Shown here piece by piece: positions 8,548-18,303 of a stretch of DNA of 64,000 nt. Both the position numbers and the translations under genes were made by a program. Position 1 is the first letter of the stretch, and each line of letters begins with the position of its first letter. The stretch is from positions 21,269 through 85,268 of the IMG/VR virus record IMGVR_UViG_3300008267_000016; one strand, 5' to 3'. The notes beneath the pieces were generated by a model. It was not told the DNA's origin, ran no database searches, and saw only the letters and a program-made list of their open reading frames with translations. The stretch is from a virus.

Positions 8548-10059
8548 ATGGTAGTCCGCAGGCCGCTTGTTCTTGTTAGTGGTGCTCTTTCTGAGCTCCC
8601 TTTAGGGGATAGTATTGTTACAACTGCTTCTGGCGGGACACTAACAGCAGGTAGTGGTCTAGTCGGCGGTGGCGATACTAATGAAACTATTCGACTAGAC
8701 GTTGCTCTTGCGACTCAACCTAGCGGACTCGTATTTGTTGGCAACAAAATTGGTGTTGATGGTGTTGCTCTAGTACGTTCTCAACAAGCACTTGCTTCTG
8801 GTAACTCAGCTCTACTTAATTCTTCAATTGCACTAGCTTCCGGAAACGCAGCTCTTTCTGTAGGTCAGACAGCATTAGCTTCTGGTAATGCTGGTTTATC
8901 TGTTGCCGCTACAGCTTTAGCATCTGGAAATCAAGCCCTATCAATTTCTTTAACAGCTCTCAATTCAGGTATTGCTGCACTTGATGTTGCCAGTGATGCA
9001 CTTGCATCTGGTAGTGCAGCTGTAACAGATTCAGCTGTTGCCTTAGCTTCTGGAAACGCAGCTTTATCATTATCCGAAGTTGCTCTAGCTTCTGGCAATG
9101 CTGGTCTGTCGAACGCCGTAGTTGCTTTAGCTTCGGGTAACGCAGCTTTAGGTTTAAGCAATACTGCGTTAGCTTCAGGTAATGCTGCTCTTAGTGTTTC
9201 CGTAAACGCTTTAGCTTCCGGTAACGCAAGTCTTAGCACTTCTTTAAGAGCACTTAGTTCTGGCAACTCTGCATTATCTGATGCTCAGGTTGCTCTAGCT
9301 TCTGGTAACGCTGCCTTAAATGTTTCTGTTACTGCTTTAGCTTCTGGTAACTCAGCAGTACTTCTCGCAGATCAAGCCCTTGCTTCTGGAAACGCTGCCT
9401 TAGTTGATTCAGCTAAAGCACTAGCTTCTGGAAACGCAGCTATCGTTCTGTCAAATAGCGCGGTGGCTTCTGGAGCCGCTGCAATTCTTTTATCAGACAT
9501 TGCCTTAGCCTCTGGTTTAGCAGCACAGGCAACAGCAGATAAAGCACTAGCTTCTGGAAACTCTGCACTAACTATTGCCGTTAGTGCGCTTGCTTCTGGT
9601 AACGCCGGTCTATCTGTTGCGTCGACAGCGTTAGCTTCAGGTAACGCAGCGCTTGCGGCAGTAAATACCGCACTTGCTTCGGGAAATGCAGGTATTTCTT
9701 TAGGTCTAAGTGCATTAGCTTCTGGTAACGCAGCTCTTCTTTCTGCTTCTGTAGCTTTATCCTCTGGTAATGCTGGTTTAGCTCTTGCTTCCACAGCGCT
9801 AGCTTCTGGTAATGCTGGGCTTTTAGTAGGCTCTAGAGCTCAAGCCTCAGGTAACGCAGGAATTTCTGTAGGCCTTACGGCTTTAAGTTCTGGTAACTCG
9901 GCTATTTCCGTGGCCAATGCTGCACTAGCTTCAGGTAACGCAGCTTTAACTATTGTGCCTGCTGCTCAAGCATCAGGTAACGCAGCCCTTGCAGCCTATT
10001 TCGCTAACCCTGGCATATCCCAGGGCGAAGCTATCGGTCTAATTATCGCGCTTTCGTAA
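8548..10059 (+). CDS. Fibre protein with 29 tandem 14-aa ALASGNAAL repeats
   Basis: Regular 14-aa periodicity counted in the translation; C-terminus IGLIIALS. Confidence 0.8.
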   Translation: MVVRRPLVLVSGALSELPLGDSIVTTASGGTLTAGSGLVGGGDTNETIRLDVALATQPSGLVFVGNKIGVDGVALVRSQQALASGNSALLNSSIALASGNAALSVGQTALASGNAGLSVAATALASGNQALSISLTALNSGIAALDVASDALASGSAAVTDSAVALASGNAALSLSEVALASGNAGLSNAVVALASGNAALGLSNTALASGNAALSVSVNALASGNASLSTSLRALSSGNSALSDAQVALASGNAALNVSVTALASGNSAVLLADQALASGNAALVDSAKALASGNAAIVLSNSAVASGAAAILLSDIALASGLAAQATADKALASGNSALTIAVSALASGNAGLSVASTALASGNAALAAVNTALASGNAGISLGLSALASGNAALLSASVALSSGNAGLALASTALASGNAGLLVGSRAQASGNAGISVGLTALSSGNSAISVANAALASGNAALTIVPAAQASGNAALAAYFANPGISQGEAIGLIIALS

Positions 10060-10060
10060 A

Positions 10061-11572
10061 ATGGCGACTTACCGCAGTCTAGTTTTTTCTAGTGGATTTA
10101 TATCTGAGACTAGCGACGCAGATAGTGTGTCGATATTGGGTGATTTAATCGCTGGTAGTGGCTTAGGTGGAGCTGTATTACCTCTTGGCGTTGACAATAC
10201 AGTAAGTGTATCGATACCAACAGCAGCCGCAGCCAGTGGTTTATTAGTTACAAACAACAAGCTTGCTCTAGATGGTGGCGATTTAGTACTATCACAAACT
10301 GCACTAAATTCTGGAGTTCTAGCTCAAGCTAATTCGAGCGTAGCTCTTTCTTCTGGTCTTGCTTCATTATCTGTTGCCGTAACTGCTGCAGCCTCTGGTA
10401 ATTCGTCTATATCTGCTTCTTTAAATTCGTTAAACAACTCTAATGTTGCTATAAGTTCTGGAATACTTTCTTTAGTAGATACTAACTCTGCGTTAGTCGA
10501 GTCAAATATAGCTTTAAGTTCAGGATCTGCAGCTCTTATAAACAGTTCAGAGGCACTTGCTTCTGGTCTGGCTAGTGTAAATACCTCTTTGACTGCTTCT
10601 GCATCAGGAAATGCAGCGTCTTTCATTGCTGGTTCTGCTCTTTCTTCTGGTAATGCAGCTTTATTTAATTTAAATTCTGCTGTTGTATCAGGCACAGAAG
10701 CAATCCTTGTTGCACAACGTGCAGTAAACTCAGGTTACGCAGCAGACCAAGTTAGTACGTCTGCGTTTGCTTTATCTACTGATGCTGTAATCGCTTCAAA
10801 TACGGCCTTAGCCTCCGGCGTGGTCGCTTTAAATGAAGCTAATCAAGCATTTGCGTCTGGCACTTTTGCAGTTCTTGAGGCGAATACTGCTGCAGCTTCT
10901 GGCAACCTAGCTGTAAGTGCAGCTTCAGTAGCCTTAGCTTCAGGGAATGCTGCGTTATTTAACTCAGTACAGGCTTTAGATGACGCTGATGATGCTCTGT
11001 TAACAAATTTATTTGTACATTTAATTAGTGACGATGCTGTAGAGACCTCTGCGGTAGCTATTGCTTCAGGTTCTGCAGCTATTAATGTATCTTCCGCTGC
11101 TATTGCTTCTGGCCAAGCCGCTTTTGCTCCGTCTGCGATTGCGCAAGCTTCTGGCAATGCGGCTTTAGCTCTTGCCCCTGCCGCCGTCGCTTCGGGGAAC
11201 CAAGCTATAGCTGTTTCTTTAACAGCGCTAGCTTCAGGTAATTCTGCTTTATCAAGTGCTTTTAGTGCTCAACTTTCAGGTAATGCAACTATAGCTTTAG
11301 CTTCAACTGCTTTAAGTTCTGGCAATAGCTCTATATCTGTTTCGTTAACAGCCTTAGCTTCTGGTAATTCTTCTTTAGTAGTCTCTAACGCTTCTCAATT
11401 AAATTCTAATAGAGCTATATCCTCTGGTTTATATTCTGCTGTTTCTGGTGTAGATGCACTAAGCGACAGTTTAGAAGCTTTAGCTTCCGGGAATGCCGCG
11501 TTAGCTTTAATCGTGGGGAACCCACCCGTCACAGCTGAACAGTTAACGGGCCTAATCTTTGCCTTAAGTTAA
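10061..11572 (+). CDS. Paralogous 14-aa-repeat fibre protein
   Basis: Same repeat in more degenerate form, similar N-terminus, C-terminus TGLIFALS, same 503-aa length. Confidence 0.8.
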   Translation: MATYRSLVFSSGFISETSDADSVSILGDLIAGSGLGGAVLPLGVDNTVSVSIPTAAAASGLLVTNNKLALDGGDLVLSQTALNSGVLAQANSSVALSSGLASLSVAVTAAASGNSSISASLNSLNNSNVAISSGILSLVDTNSALVESNIALSSGSAALINSSEALASGLASVNTSLTASASGNAASFIAGSALSSGNAALFNLNSAVVSGTEAILVAQRAVNSGYAADQVSTSAFALSTDAVIASNTALASGVVALNEANQAFASGTFAVLEANTAAASGNLAVSAASVALASGNAALFNSVQALDDADDALLTNLFVHLISDDAVETSAVAIASGSAAINVSSAAIASGQAAFAPSAIAQASGNAALALAPAAVASGNQAIAVSLTALASGNSALSSAFSAQLSGNATIALASTALSSGNSSISVSLTALASGNSSLVVSNASQLNSNRAISSGLYSAVSGVDALSDSLEALASGNAALALIVGNPPVTAEQLTGLIFALS

Positions 11573-11674
11573 CCCTTAAAGGGCTGCCGACTACAGCGTG
11601 GGCTTAGTGTGACATATTTTTGCTAGACTTTTTTTAGAACATTCAGTTAGACTTTTACTAGGGTTTGGGGAACT

Positions 11675-11992
11675 ATGGCAAGCTTCTATAACGTTGCTAG
11701 AGCCAACGTAAACAGCAGCCCGGTAACGGTACTGACTTCTGACGCAGATTCTACAATTGTTCTAAGTATTCTTGTTGCAAATAATATTGGTTCTTCTGCT
11801 GTTGATTGCACAGTAAGCATGAACACAGGTGCAACAATTAATAATTATTTAGGTTATACCATTCCTGTTCCTGCTGACTCAAACGTTGATTTTATTGCTA
11901 ACAAGTATATTCTTCCTAGCGGTAAGAGCATTCGCGTCACATCTAGTACTTCAGGTCAATTAGATGTAGCAATTTCTTACGTCGTGGTCTGA
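11675..11992 (+). CDS. Small beta-rich fibre adaptor/structural protein
   Basis: Typical ~105-aa protein found after fibres (IVLSILVAN...IPVPADS...KYILPSGKSIRV). Confidence 0.65.
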   Translation: MASFYNVARANVNSSPVTVLTSDADSTIVLSILVANNIGSSAVDCTVSMNTGATINNYLGYTIPVPADSNVDFIANKYILPSGKSIRVTSSTSGQLDVAISYVVV

Positions 11993-11994
11993 TT

Positions 11995-12660
11995 ATGGAT
12001 AATCAAAATTGGTCTAACTATTACTTCACTAAAAACGGGTCGGTACCTTCTTATCCTCCTTCTAGGATTCGTCTTTCGTCAGGTTTTACTAAATACACTT
12101 CATCGTGCAGTTTAGAAGATCTGCATGATGCTGGTTATGAAGGACCGATTGAGCTTATTCCTGTTGGAGCCAATCAAAAACGTGTCTGGGATTTTGCTTC
12201 TAAAAAATTTATTTTAGTTAGTGCAGAAGGTAAAGATTCTACACTTGTTAACCGTGAGGTTCGTTCTTACTGTTCTGAGCAGATTAACTGTTTAGACTTA
12301 GATGATAAATCTTCTTATGATGATGATTTTCGTAATGCTTGGAGTCGTTACATAACAACGCTAGTAAATCTTTTAAAGAAACCAGAGTCAGAATTATTAA
12401 CTTTCGAAGATCTTCCTGAGATTCCCACAGTTGTGGAGAATCAAGCAGACCACAATGCTAAACTAGCTCAGGACTTTATTAACGAAAATTTCGAACGGTG
12501 GAAAGGTCAGTACGAAACCTATGGCTTCTGCTTCGAAGTTCCGTTAGAAGTTCAACCCTATTTTTCTATTCCGTCTGATTGGGTTGCAGGATCCGAACCC
12601 CTACCTCCAGGAACGAGTAGTTACTTCGAACACGCTGTACCCCCTCAACCGCTGCCATGA
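11995..12660 (+). CDS. Putative tail fibre assembly protein
   Basis: P.RIRLS.G.T......E.L..AGY.GP...W motif; lies between fibre genes. Confidence 0.55.
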   Translation: MDNQNWSNYYFTKNGSVPSYPPSRIRLSSGFTKYTSSCSLEDLHDAGYEGPIELIPVGANQKRVWDFASKKFILVSAEGKDSTLVNREVRSYCSEQINCLDLDDKSSYDDDFRNAWSRYITTLVNLLKKPESELLTFEDLPEIPTVVENQADHNAKLAQDFINENFERWKGQYETYGFCFEVPLEVQPYFSIPSDWVAGSEPLPPGTSSYFEHAVPPQPLP

Positions 12661-13703
12661 CTTCGAACAAAAAACTAGGTAATTTTACGGGAAAACAAAC
12701 CCTTCCTAGTGCAGCAGGTGCGCAAGGTGCCTACGTTAGTCCTTCTGAGGTTTACCAACAAAGACTTGTCGGAGGGTGGCCGGCCACTCCCGTAGGCGCT
12801 TGGGTTGACCCTGGTCAACTTGTTTACGCCCTTTCTAGCGGAGTTGTTTCTGCTATCAGCGGAACTAACTATGCTATTTGTGATGGTTCTGAGCACGATA
12901 GAACAGCTTTCGCCAGCCTTTATGCGGTTGTCGGCAACCGTTATGGTAACGGTAACGGAATTTCCACTTTTAATACCCCTCCGATGACGCCTCGGTTTGG
13001 GTATACAAAAGCAACCACTGGATCTGGTGTCCAAGCTCCTAGTGGTGTTGCAGTCCTCCCAAACCATACACATACTTTAGAAGTAGGAGGCGTACAAAAC
13101 CCAGGCCAAGCGAGTAACGGAGGCGGTGGCGCTACAGATATCGCTTCGTTCACCTTTCAATCTAGTTTCGACGGCGGTGGGGACAACCACGGTAGGCACG
13201 TAGAGGTTATCCCACTTTTGTCTAATACGGCTCAAACAGCACCTGTTGGTACTGTTGTGATTTGTTTAACGCCTAATAATGTTTCAGCTATATCAGCTGT
13301 CGCCCCTATCAATACAGTGGTTGCAAGCGGGCAAGCTCTCAGTCGTACTACCTACGCTACATTGTTTGAGCGGATTGGTACTTTATATGGTAGTGGTAAC
13401 GGCACCACTACTTTTAATTTGCCCGATTATAGAGGTGTGTTCCTCCGTGCCCCAGTAGGTAGAAACACTATCCAACCTTCTGGATATAGAAACGGATCTT
13501 ATGGTGAAGATGGTTTTGTATCTCATCGTCATGGCTATAATCCGGCTTATTATCTTGCCAGTGGTGGTAGGCGTTGTGACTATACTCCAATCGGCACTGC
13601 AACGACTACACCAGCCTCTGGCCCATCATCTATCGGTATTGCTGGTGAAAATAGACCAGCCAACATTACCTGCACTTACTTAGTCGTTGTTTCGGAGATC
13701 TGA
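12657..13703 (+). CDS. Tail-collar domain fibre protein (two collar domains)
   Basis: CDGS...RT.F.SLYAVVG.RYG.GNG.STFN.P and GQALSRTTYATLFERIGTLYGSGNGTTTFNLPDYRGVFLR. Confidence 0.85.
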   Translation: MTSNKKLGNFTGKQTLPSAAGAQGAYVSPSEVYQQRLVGGWPATPVGAWVDPGQLVYALSSGVVSAISGTNYAICDGSEHDRTAFASLYAVVGNRYGNGNGISTFNTPPMTPRFGYTKATTGSGVQAPSGVAVLPNHTHTLEVGGVQNPGQASNGGGGATDIASFTFQSSFDGGGDNHGRHVEVIPLLSNTAQTAPVGTVVICLTPNNVSAISAVAPINTVVASGQALSRTTYATLFERIGTLYGSGNGTTTFNLPDYRGVFLRAPVGRNTIQPSGYRNGSYGEDGFVSHRHGYNPAYYLASGGRRCDYTPIGTATTTPASGPSSIGIAGENRPANITCTYLVVVSEI

Positions 13704-13706
13704 TCG

Positions 13707-14246
13707 ATGCTTACCCAAGTTATTTTTTCAGCTCGGTACTTAGGTCCTTCTTTTGTTGCGAACAACGGCGCAACTTACTATCTGTGTGACGGGCAAGCTC
13801 TTTCTCGCACTACTAACTCAAAGCTGAGTGATGTTTGGCCGGTTAATGCCTACGGAAGCACCGTAAACAATATTCACTTGCCTCCTTTAGAAGGTCTTTA
13901 CCTCCGTGGCTATGATTTTGGGTCTGGTCGTGACTCGGAAGCTGCAAGTCGAACGGCACTTTCGGGCTCTCTTCCTACCGGAAATAACATCGGTGCTTAC
14001 CAGCCCGCAAACCTTAAGTTACATACTCACGTAAATGGACGTCAAGGAGGTTCAGGGCCTTGTGCTGATGGCGCAGGTCAAGACGGAGGTAGCAGCCCTG
14101 ATACACCTATTATTACCGTTACGTCAAATTCAACGTCGCTGAATACGCTTAACTCTACTGTTGCCGCTACAGTCTCTGGTACGACAACCACTGCTTTTGA
14201 TGTCAGCAACTGCTCCTTCTGGGTCTACATCGAAGGAAGTAATTAA
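13707..14246 (+). CDS. Tail-collar domain protein
   Basis: LCDGQALSRT...LPPLEGLYLRGYD.GSGRD...HTH. Confidence 0.8.
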   Translation: MLTQVIFSARYLGPSFVANNGATYYLCDGQALSRTTNSKLSDVWPVNAYGSTVNNIHLPPLEGLYLRGYDFGSGRDSEAASRTALSGSLPTGNNIGAYQPANLKLHTHVNGRQGGSGPCADGAGQDGGSSPDTPIITVTSNSTSLNTLNSTVAATVSGTTTTAFDVSNCSFWVYIEGSN

Positions 14247-14766
14247 TTTTCATCCTATAGTTTTAGATAACTTTTTAAGCTCTTCAGATTTCTTAATGCT
14301 TTCTGAAGAGTTTAACTATATGCCTTTGCGCTTATGTAATTGGAGTGACTCTAATAATATTAAGTTATTTTTTGGAGTTCGAAAAACGGATAGACCAAAC
14401 CATCTTGAGTCTTTAGCATCAATTATTTCTCTTAAGGTTAAAAAACACGTTAAACGTAAATTTTTCTTTAAACGACTTCACTTAAATGGCCAAGTCTACG
14501 GACAAGAGGGTCAGCTTCATCAGGATTCACAAGAACCCACAGATATAACTGTTTTAATTTTTACGAACCGGGAGTGGAACTCAGCGTGGGGCGGCCATTT
14601 TTCGTTTGCTGATTTGTCTGATCAAGAAGTTCACACTGTAACTTATAAACCAAATCGTGCTGTTATTTTCCCTTCGTCGTTGTATCATTGCGGAAACGCT
14701 CCTTTAAGGTTTACCGACCGGATGCGGACATCTGCAGCTTTTCTCTTTGAGACTTGTGAGTACTGA
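14242..14766 (+). CDS. 2OG-Fe(II) oxygenase (start uncertain)
   Basis: IVLDNFL, HQD, WGG.F, PNRAVIFPS..YH, R.S motifs. Confidence 0.85.
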   Translation: MNFHPIVLDNFLSSSDFLMLSEEFNYMPLRLCNWSDSNNIKLFFGVRKTDRPNHLESLASIISLKVKKHVKRKFFFKRLHLNGQVYGQEGQLHQDSQEPTDITVLIFTNREWNSAWGGHFSFADLSDQEVHTVTYKPNRAVIFPSSLYHCGNAPLRFTDRMRTSAAFLFETCEY

Positions 14767-15346
14767 AACTTTTATTCGTCGCTACAACATACCTGATGTT
14801 ACTCTGTGCGATGAAATCATAAAATGGTTTGAAGACCACCCTGAGAAACAAGGGACTGGTGTTGTCCAGTCACGAGAAGGTAAACCTATAGTAAATAAAG
14901 ATTATAAAGATGGTACGTGTATTTCTGTGAATGATATTAATTATGCTTACACTCAGCCACCTCTGCGTTCGTTTCTTATTTGGCTTTGGGACTGTGTGAA
15001 TCTGTATTTAGAAGATTTCCCCGAGCTTAAAAATTCTTGTTTTGCTATGAGAGAGGGGTTTAATATTCAAAGATTTCTACCCCCAAGTCAAGGGTTTAAA
15101 GTTTTTCACCATGAAAGGATATCGTATCAAGTCTGTCCTCGTTTACTTGTCTTTATGCTTTATTTAAACGATGTAGAAGATAAAGGCGGTACAGAATTCA
15201 AGTACTACAACCATGTTGAAAAAGCTCAACGCGGCAAATTGTTGATTTGGCCAACAGACTTCACCCACACCCACCGTGGTGTAGTATCGCCAACAGAAAA
15301 AAAGTACATTATTACTGGCTGGTATGGTCTAATCCCTGCAGAGTAA
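14747..15346 (+). CDS. 2OG-Fe(II) oxygenase (prolyl-4-hydroxylase-like)
   Basis: HHE, YLNDV..GGTEF, IWP..FTHTHRG, KYIITGW. Confidence 0.9.
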   Translation: MRLVSTETFIRRYNIPDVTLCDEIIKWFEDHPEKQGTGVVQSREGKPIVNKDYKDGTCISVNDINYAYTQPPLRSFLIWLWDCVNLYLEDFPELKNSCFAMREGFNIQRFLPPSQGFKVFHHERISYQVCPRLLVFMLYLNDVEDKGGTEFKYYNHVEKAQRGKLLIWPTDFTHTHRGVVSPTEKKYIITGWYGLIPAE

Positions 15347-16936
15347 TCTCATATTTTCTGGAGTATACAGATAATCTATCTTTGTGTTATTTAAAGTACT
15401 TACAGCGTCTTCAAACGTTTCTATTATTGGTTGCTTATCGACATTAAATGAAGTATTACCTAGTATAGGTACTCCTGTAATTTCGTAAAAATTTTGTATT
15501 AGCTCAAAGTAATTTTTATTTTGTTCTTTTGTTATTGTTTGTATCCTGCACGTACCGTCGACATGTACTATGGCAGGTATCTTTTCTTTTTTTAAACACG
15601 TAGCATTTAGAGTCATAAAAGGGTTTTCTTCGATATCAAACCATTTTTCTACTTCTTCCTGAAGTATAGTACCTGCAAAAGGCCTAAAACTTTCTCTGTT
15701 TTTTATTCGGTTGATTATATCTTTACCGTTTGGCAGACAAGGGTTAAAAAGAATAGAACGGTTTCCTAATGCTCTAGCACCTGCTTCTGACCTCCCCTGG
15801 AACAGAGCGACTGTTTTTCCCTTGGATAACAAAAGAGCTACTTCTTTACTTGTTGTCCTGTCTCCGATTTCTTTAAAAAGTAACTCCTTTTTTGGCCCTA
15901 GGTAGATATTCTCTAACTTTCTCTTTGTCTGGTCTTTTTGCTCAGCGTGGTGCACCAACTTAGCTGCGCCATACGATAGACCTCCGTCACCAGCCATAGG
16001 GTCAATAAAAAAATTAAACTCGCTTAGTTTATCTTTGTAGTATTTATTGGCTACTATATTTAATGCAAAGCCTCCAGATAACACTATATTTTTTGTGTTA
16101 CTCAGTTTTATTGCTTTTTTTATGTAACTTAAAGCTTTTTCTTGTGTTGCTTTTTGTACGGCAAATGCTAGATCTGCTTGTAGCTGTCCCCAATCGTTTG
16201 TAATAAGCTCAGGGTAACTGTAGGTGTTTATCTTATTGTCATTAGTAAAAAGATTTTTATTCGCTTCTTTTTTGGGGCCTGTCAGTATCTCTGGGATGTT
16301 TTTATTTGCTGCTCCGTATGCTGCTAACCCCATGGTTTTACCACAGTCTAGATTTCTAAATCCTTGATGATTAGCTACTGCTTGATACATACCGCCTATA
16401 TCGATATGGGAAGTTATTTCGACTTCTGTGTTATGAAGTAAGGAACTAACAGCGCTAAAATTACTTCCTCTGTGCGGATCGACAACTAGTTTTTTGTACA
16501 GCAGCCTGAAATTATCTGGATACGAGGCTTCGTATACGGATGTTGTTTCAGCACCAAAAGCTCCGTTATTTAGCGCGAATTCTGAACCTCTCCCATCAAA
16601 AACTACGCAGACTGCTTCAGTGAAACCAGAACTGTAGAAAGCCGAAGCAGCGTGGGCTAAATGATGTATATCGTTGTGAACACTAAATCGTTTAAAAGTT
16701 ATTCCATTTTTTCTAAGTAAATGTTTTATGAAGTTTTCATTTCCGCAGTGAGTTACTATAACTGAATCTATTTCTGTGACTATATCTTTTATTTGACCTA
16801 TACATTTTATAGGTTCTGAGTCATATTTTATTTTTGATAATCTTTCTTCCTCTATGAATAGTTCAACTTCCCCATTAATTAGTAAGCAAACACTTGAATT
16901 ATGCTTACCACAATGTATTCCTAATACTGAGTTCAT
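15329..16936 (-). CDS. Carbamoyltransferase (NodU/CmcH family)
   Basis: EEERLS..K, HHLAHAASAFY.S, DGRG, GKTMGLAAYG, SGGFALN, E.GARALGNRSI, KNRE.FRPFA, VHVDGTCR.QT, NTSFN. Confidence 0.95.
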   Translation of the reverse strand: MNSVLGIHCGKHNSSVCLLINGEVELFIEEERLSKIKYDSEPIKCIGQIKDIVTEIDSVIVTHCGNENFIKHLLRKNGITFKRFSVHNDIHHLAHAASAFYSSGFTEAVCVVFDGRGSEFALNNGAFGAETTSVYEASYPDNFRLLYKKLVVDPHRGSNFSAVSSLLHNTEVEITSHIDIGGMYQAVANHQGFRNLDCGKTMGLAAYGAANKNIPEILTGPKKEANKNLFTNDNKINTYSYPELITNDWGQLQADLAFAVQKATQEKALSYIKKAIKLSNTKNIVLSGGFALNIVANKYYKDKLSEFNFFIDPMAGDGGLSYGAAKLVHHAEQKDQTKRKLENIYLGPKKELLFKEIGDRTTSKEVALLLSKGKTVALFQGRSEAGARALGNRSILFNPCLPNGKDIINRIKNRESFRPFAGTILQEEVEKWFDIEENPFMTLNATCLKKEKIPAIVHVDGTCRIQTITKEQNKNYFELIQNFYEITGVPILGNTSFNVDKQPIIETFEDAVSTLNNTKIDYLYTPENMRLLCRD

Positions 16937-17565
16937 TGTAGTTTTAAGGTTAAACCGCTTAAGTGGTACTCATCTCCTACTGTGCCGTCAAAATAACTAT
17001 TAAAACTTATAGTAATTCTTGGTATAGGAGATTTATTTTCACTAACAGAGTGGAGAAGCATTGAAGGAAAAATCAACATAGTTTGGTTAACAGGTTTGTG
17101 CTTGTGGATTATTTGGTTTCCGTCCGCCTCGTGGTGCCCGTTAAACATTCTGTTTTCCATAGCGTAAGGGTTTAACGAGCTGAACCAAGTATCACCAGAC
17201 TCTCCTTGGATATAAATAATACCACTTAGAATCGACCACGGATGTCTGTGAGCGTGATGCCACTGACCTTCGTTACTGATGTTTGCCCACATAAGAGAAA
17301 CTTTGATATCATCAAACCAAGTGTATCCGACTTCTGTAGCAACTTCTTTTACTTTAGGGTTTATAAAGTCACATAGAAATTTCCAATTTTCTTGTCTATG
17401 TAGAGATGTCCTACCGTACGCAGATTTACCGTAATGTGGTTGACCGTCTCTTTGTTCTCTCGTTTCAAACCCAGCGTATGGGAGTTCCCTTAGGATTGAA
17501 GTATGTATGTCATCAGGTATGTCGTACTTGTACAGAGTTGTCGGAAGTATGTTAAGTTTTTCCAT
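16933..17565 (-). CDS. Putative 2OG-Fe(II) oxygenase (TIGR02466-like)
   Basis: W.NI....HH.H.HP.S.LSG..YI, IFPS.L.HSV, RITISFN. Confidence 0.9.
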   Translation of the reverse strand: MEKLNILPTTLYKYDIPDDIHTSILRELPYAGFETREQRDGQPHYGKSAYGRTSLHRQENWKFLCDFINPKVKEVATEVGYTWFDDIKVSLMWANISNEGQWHHAHRHPWSILSGIIYIQGESGDTWFSSLNPYAMENRMFNGHHEADGNQIIHKHKPVNQTMLIFPSMLLHSVSENKSPIPRITISFNSYFDGTVGDEYHLSGLTLKLQ

Positions 17566-17713
17566 TTGCCTGTGTTTTGGGTGCCGCTATTGTACCTCAC
17601 TGCAGGAGTGATGTCTGCCTTCAGGCTCTAATACTTACTTGCTGCATTGTTGTGTAATTTTCTAGGAAAGAGTGATTTTTATTTGTAGAATATCGTTAGC
17701 CGCACTCACACTT

Positions 17714-18079
17714 GTGAGCGAACGGGATCTTCTCTTCGATCTTTCCTGTTTACAAAAGCGAGTTGCCAAAAAGAGATTTCGAAAACAAATATTTGAAGAT
17801 TGGGGTTGTTGCGCTTACTGCGGTAAAGAAAATCCGACAACGTTAGATCACGTCGTACCGAAAGCCCGTGGGGGCGCTACGACCAGAAAAAATCTTATTG
17901 CAGCTTGCGGTGACTGCAATATCCTTAAAAGTTCAGAAGACTGGTGCGTTTGGTACAGGTCTCAGTACTTTTGGACACTAGAAAGAGAGGAGCGTATTCT
18001 TTGTTGGGTTAACCAACAAGACGACGCTCCTTTTTCATTAGTACCTGTTTATTGGGGATCTACCCTCGTGGCAGCTTAA
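17714..18079 (+). CDS. HNH endonuclease (McrA-like)
   Basis: CAYCG...TLDHVVPKARGG....NLIAAC..CN..K. Confidence 0.9.
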   Translation: MSERDLLFDLSCLQKRVAKKRFRKQIFEDWGCCAYCGKENPTTLDHVVPKARGGATTRKNLIAACGDCNILKSSEDWCVWYRSQYFWTLEREERILCWVNQQDDAPFSLVPVYWGSTLVAA

Positions 18080-18259
18080 TTATTTTTTAGCCACTTTAGT
18101 TATGATACCAGCAATTATTTCAATAATTTTATACAGCTTGGCATAGAGCTCATCGTCTTTCGGCGTCGGGGTGACGTTTACGATGGCCAATGCCAGTACA
18201 TGCAGGGCGGCCAAAATACCTGCGATTTCAGCCCAGTTTTCCGTAAGATGACTAATCAT
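18080..18259 (-). CDS. Putative holin
   Basis: Read manually, 59 aa: MISHLTENWAEIAGILAALHVLALAIVNVTPTPKDDEL...KVAKK; transmembrane segment plus TPTPKDD motif. Confidence 0.65.
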   Translation of the reverse strand: MISHLTENWAEIAGILAALHVLALAIVNVTPTPKDDELYAKLYKIIEIIAGIITKVAKK

Positions 18260-18303
18260 GGTGCTAACTCAGCTAGTAGAATTCTAAGAGCATTTATATA
18301 TCT

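Noticed and set aside
8931-11157. Minus-strand ORFs with ALPEA repeats
   Set aside because: Antisense shadows of the ALASGN-repeat fibre genes
8780-11510. 42-bp periodic DNA repeat as a CRISPR-like array
   Set aside because: The repeats are in-frame codon repeats with synonymous variation and no unique spacers
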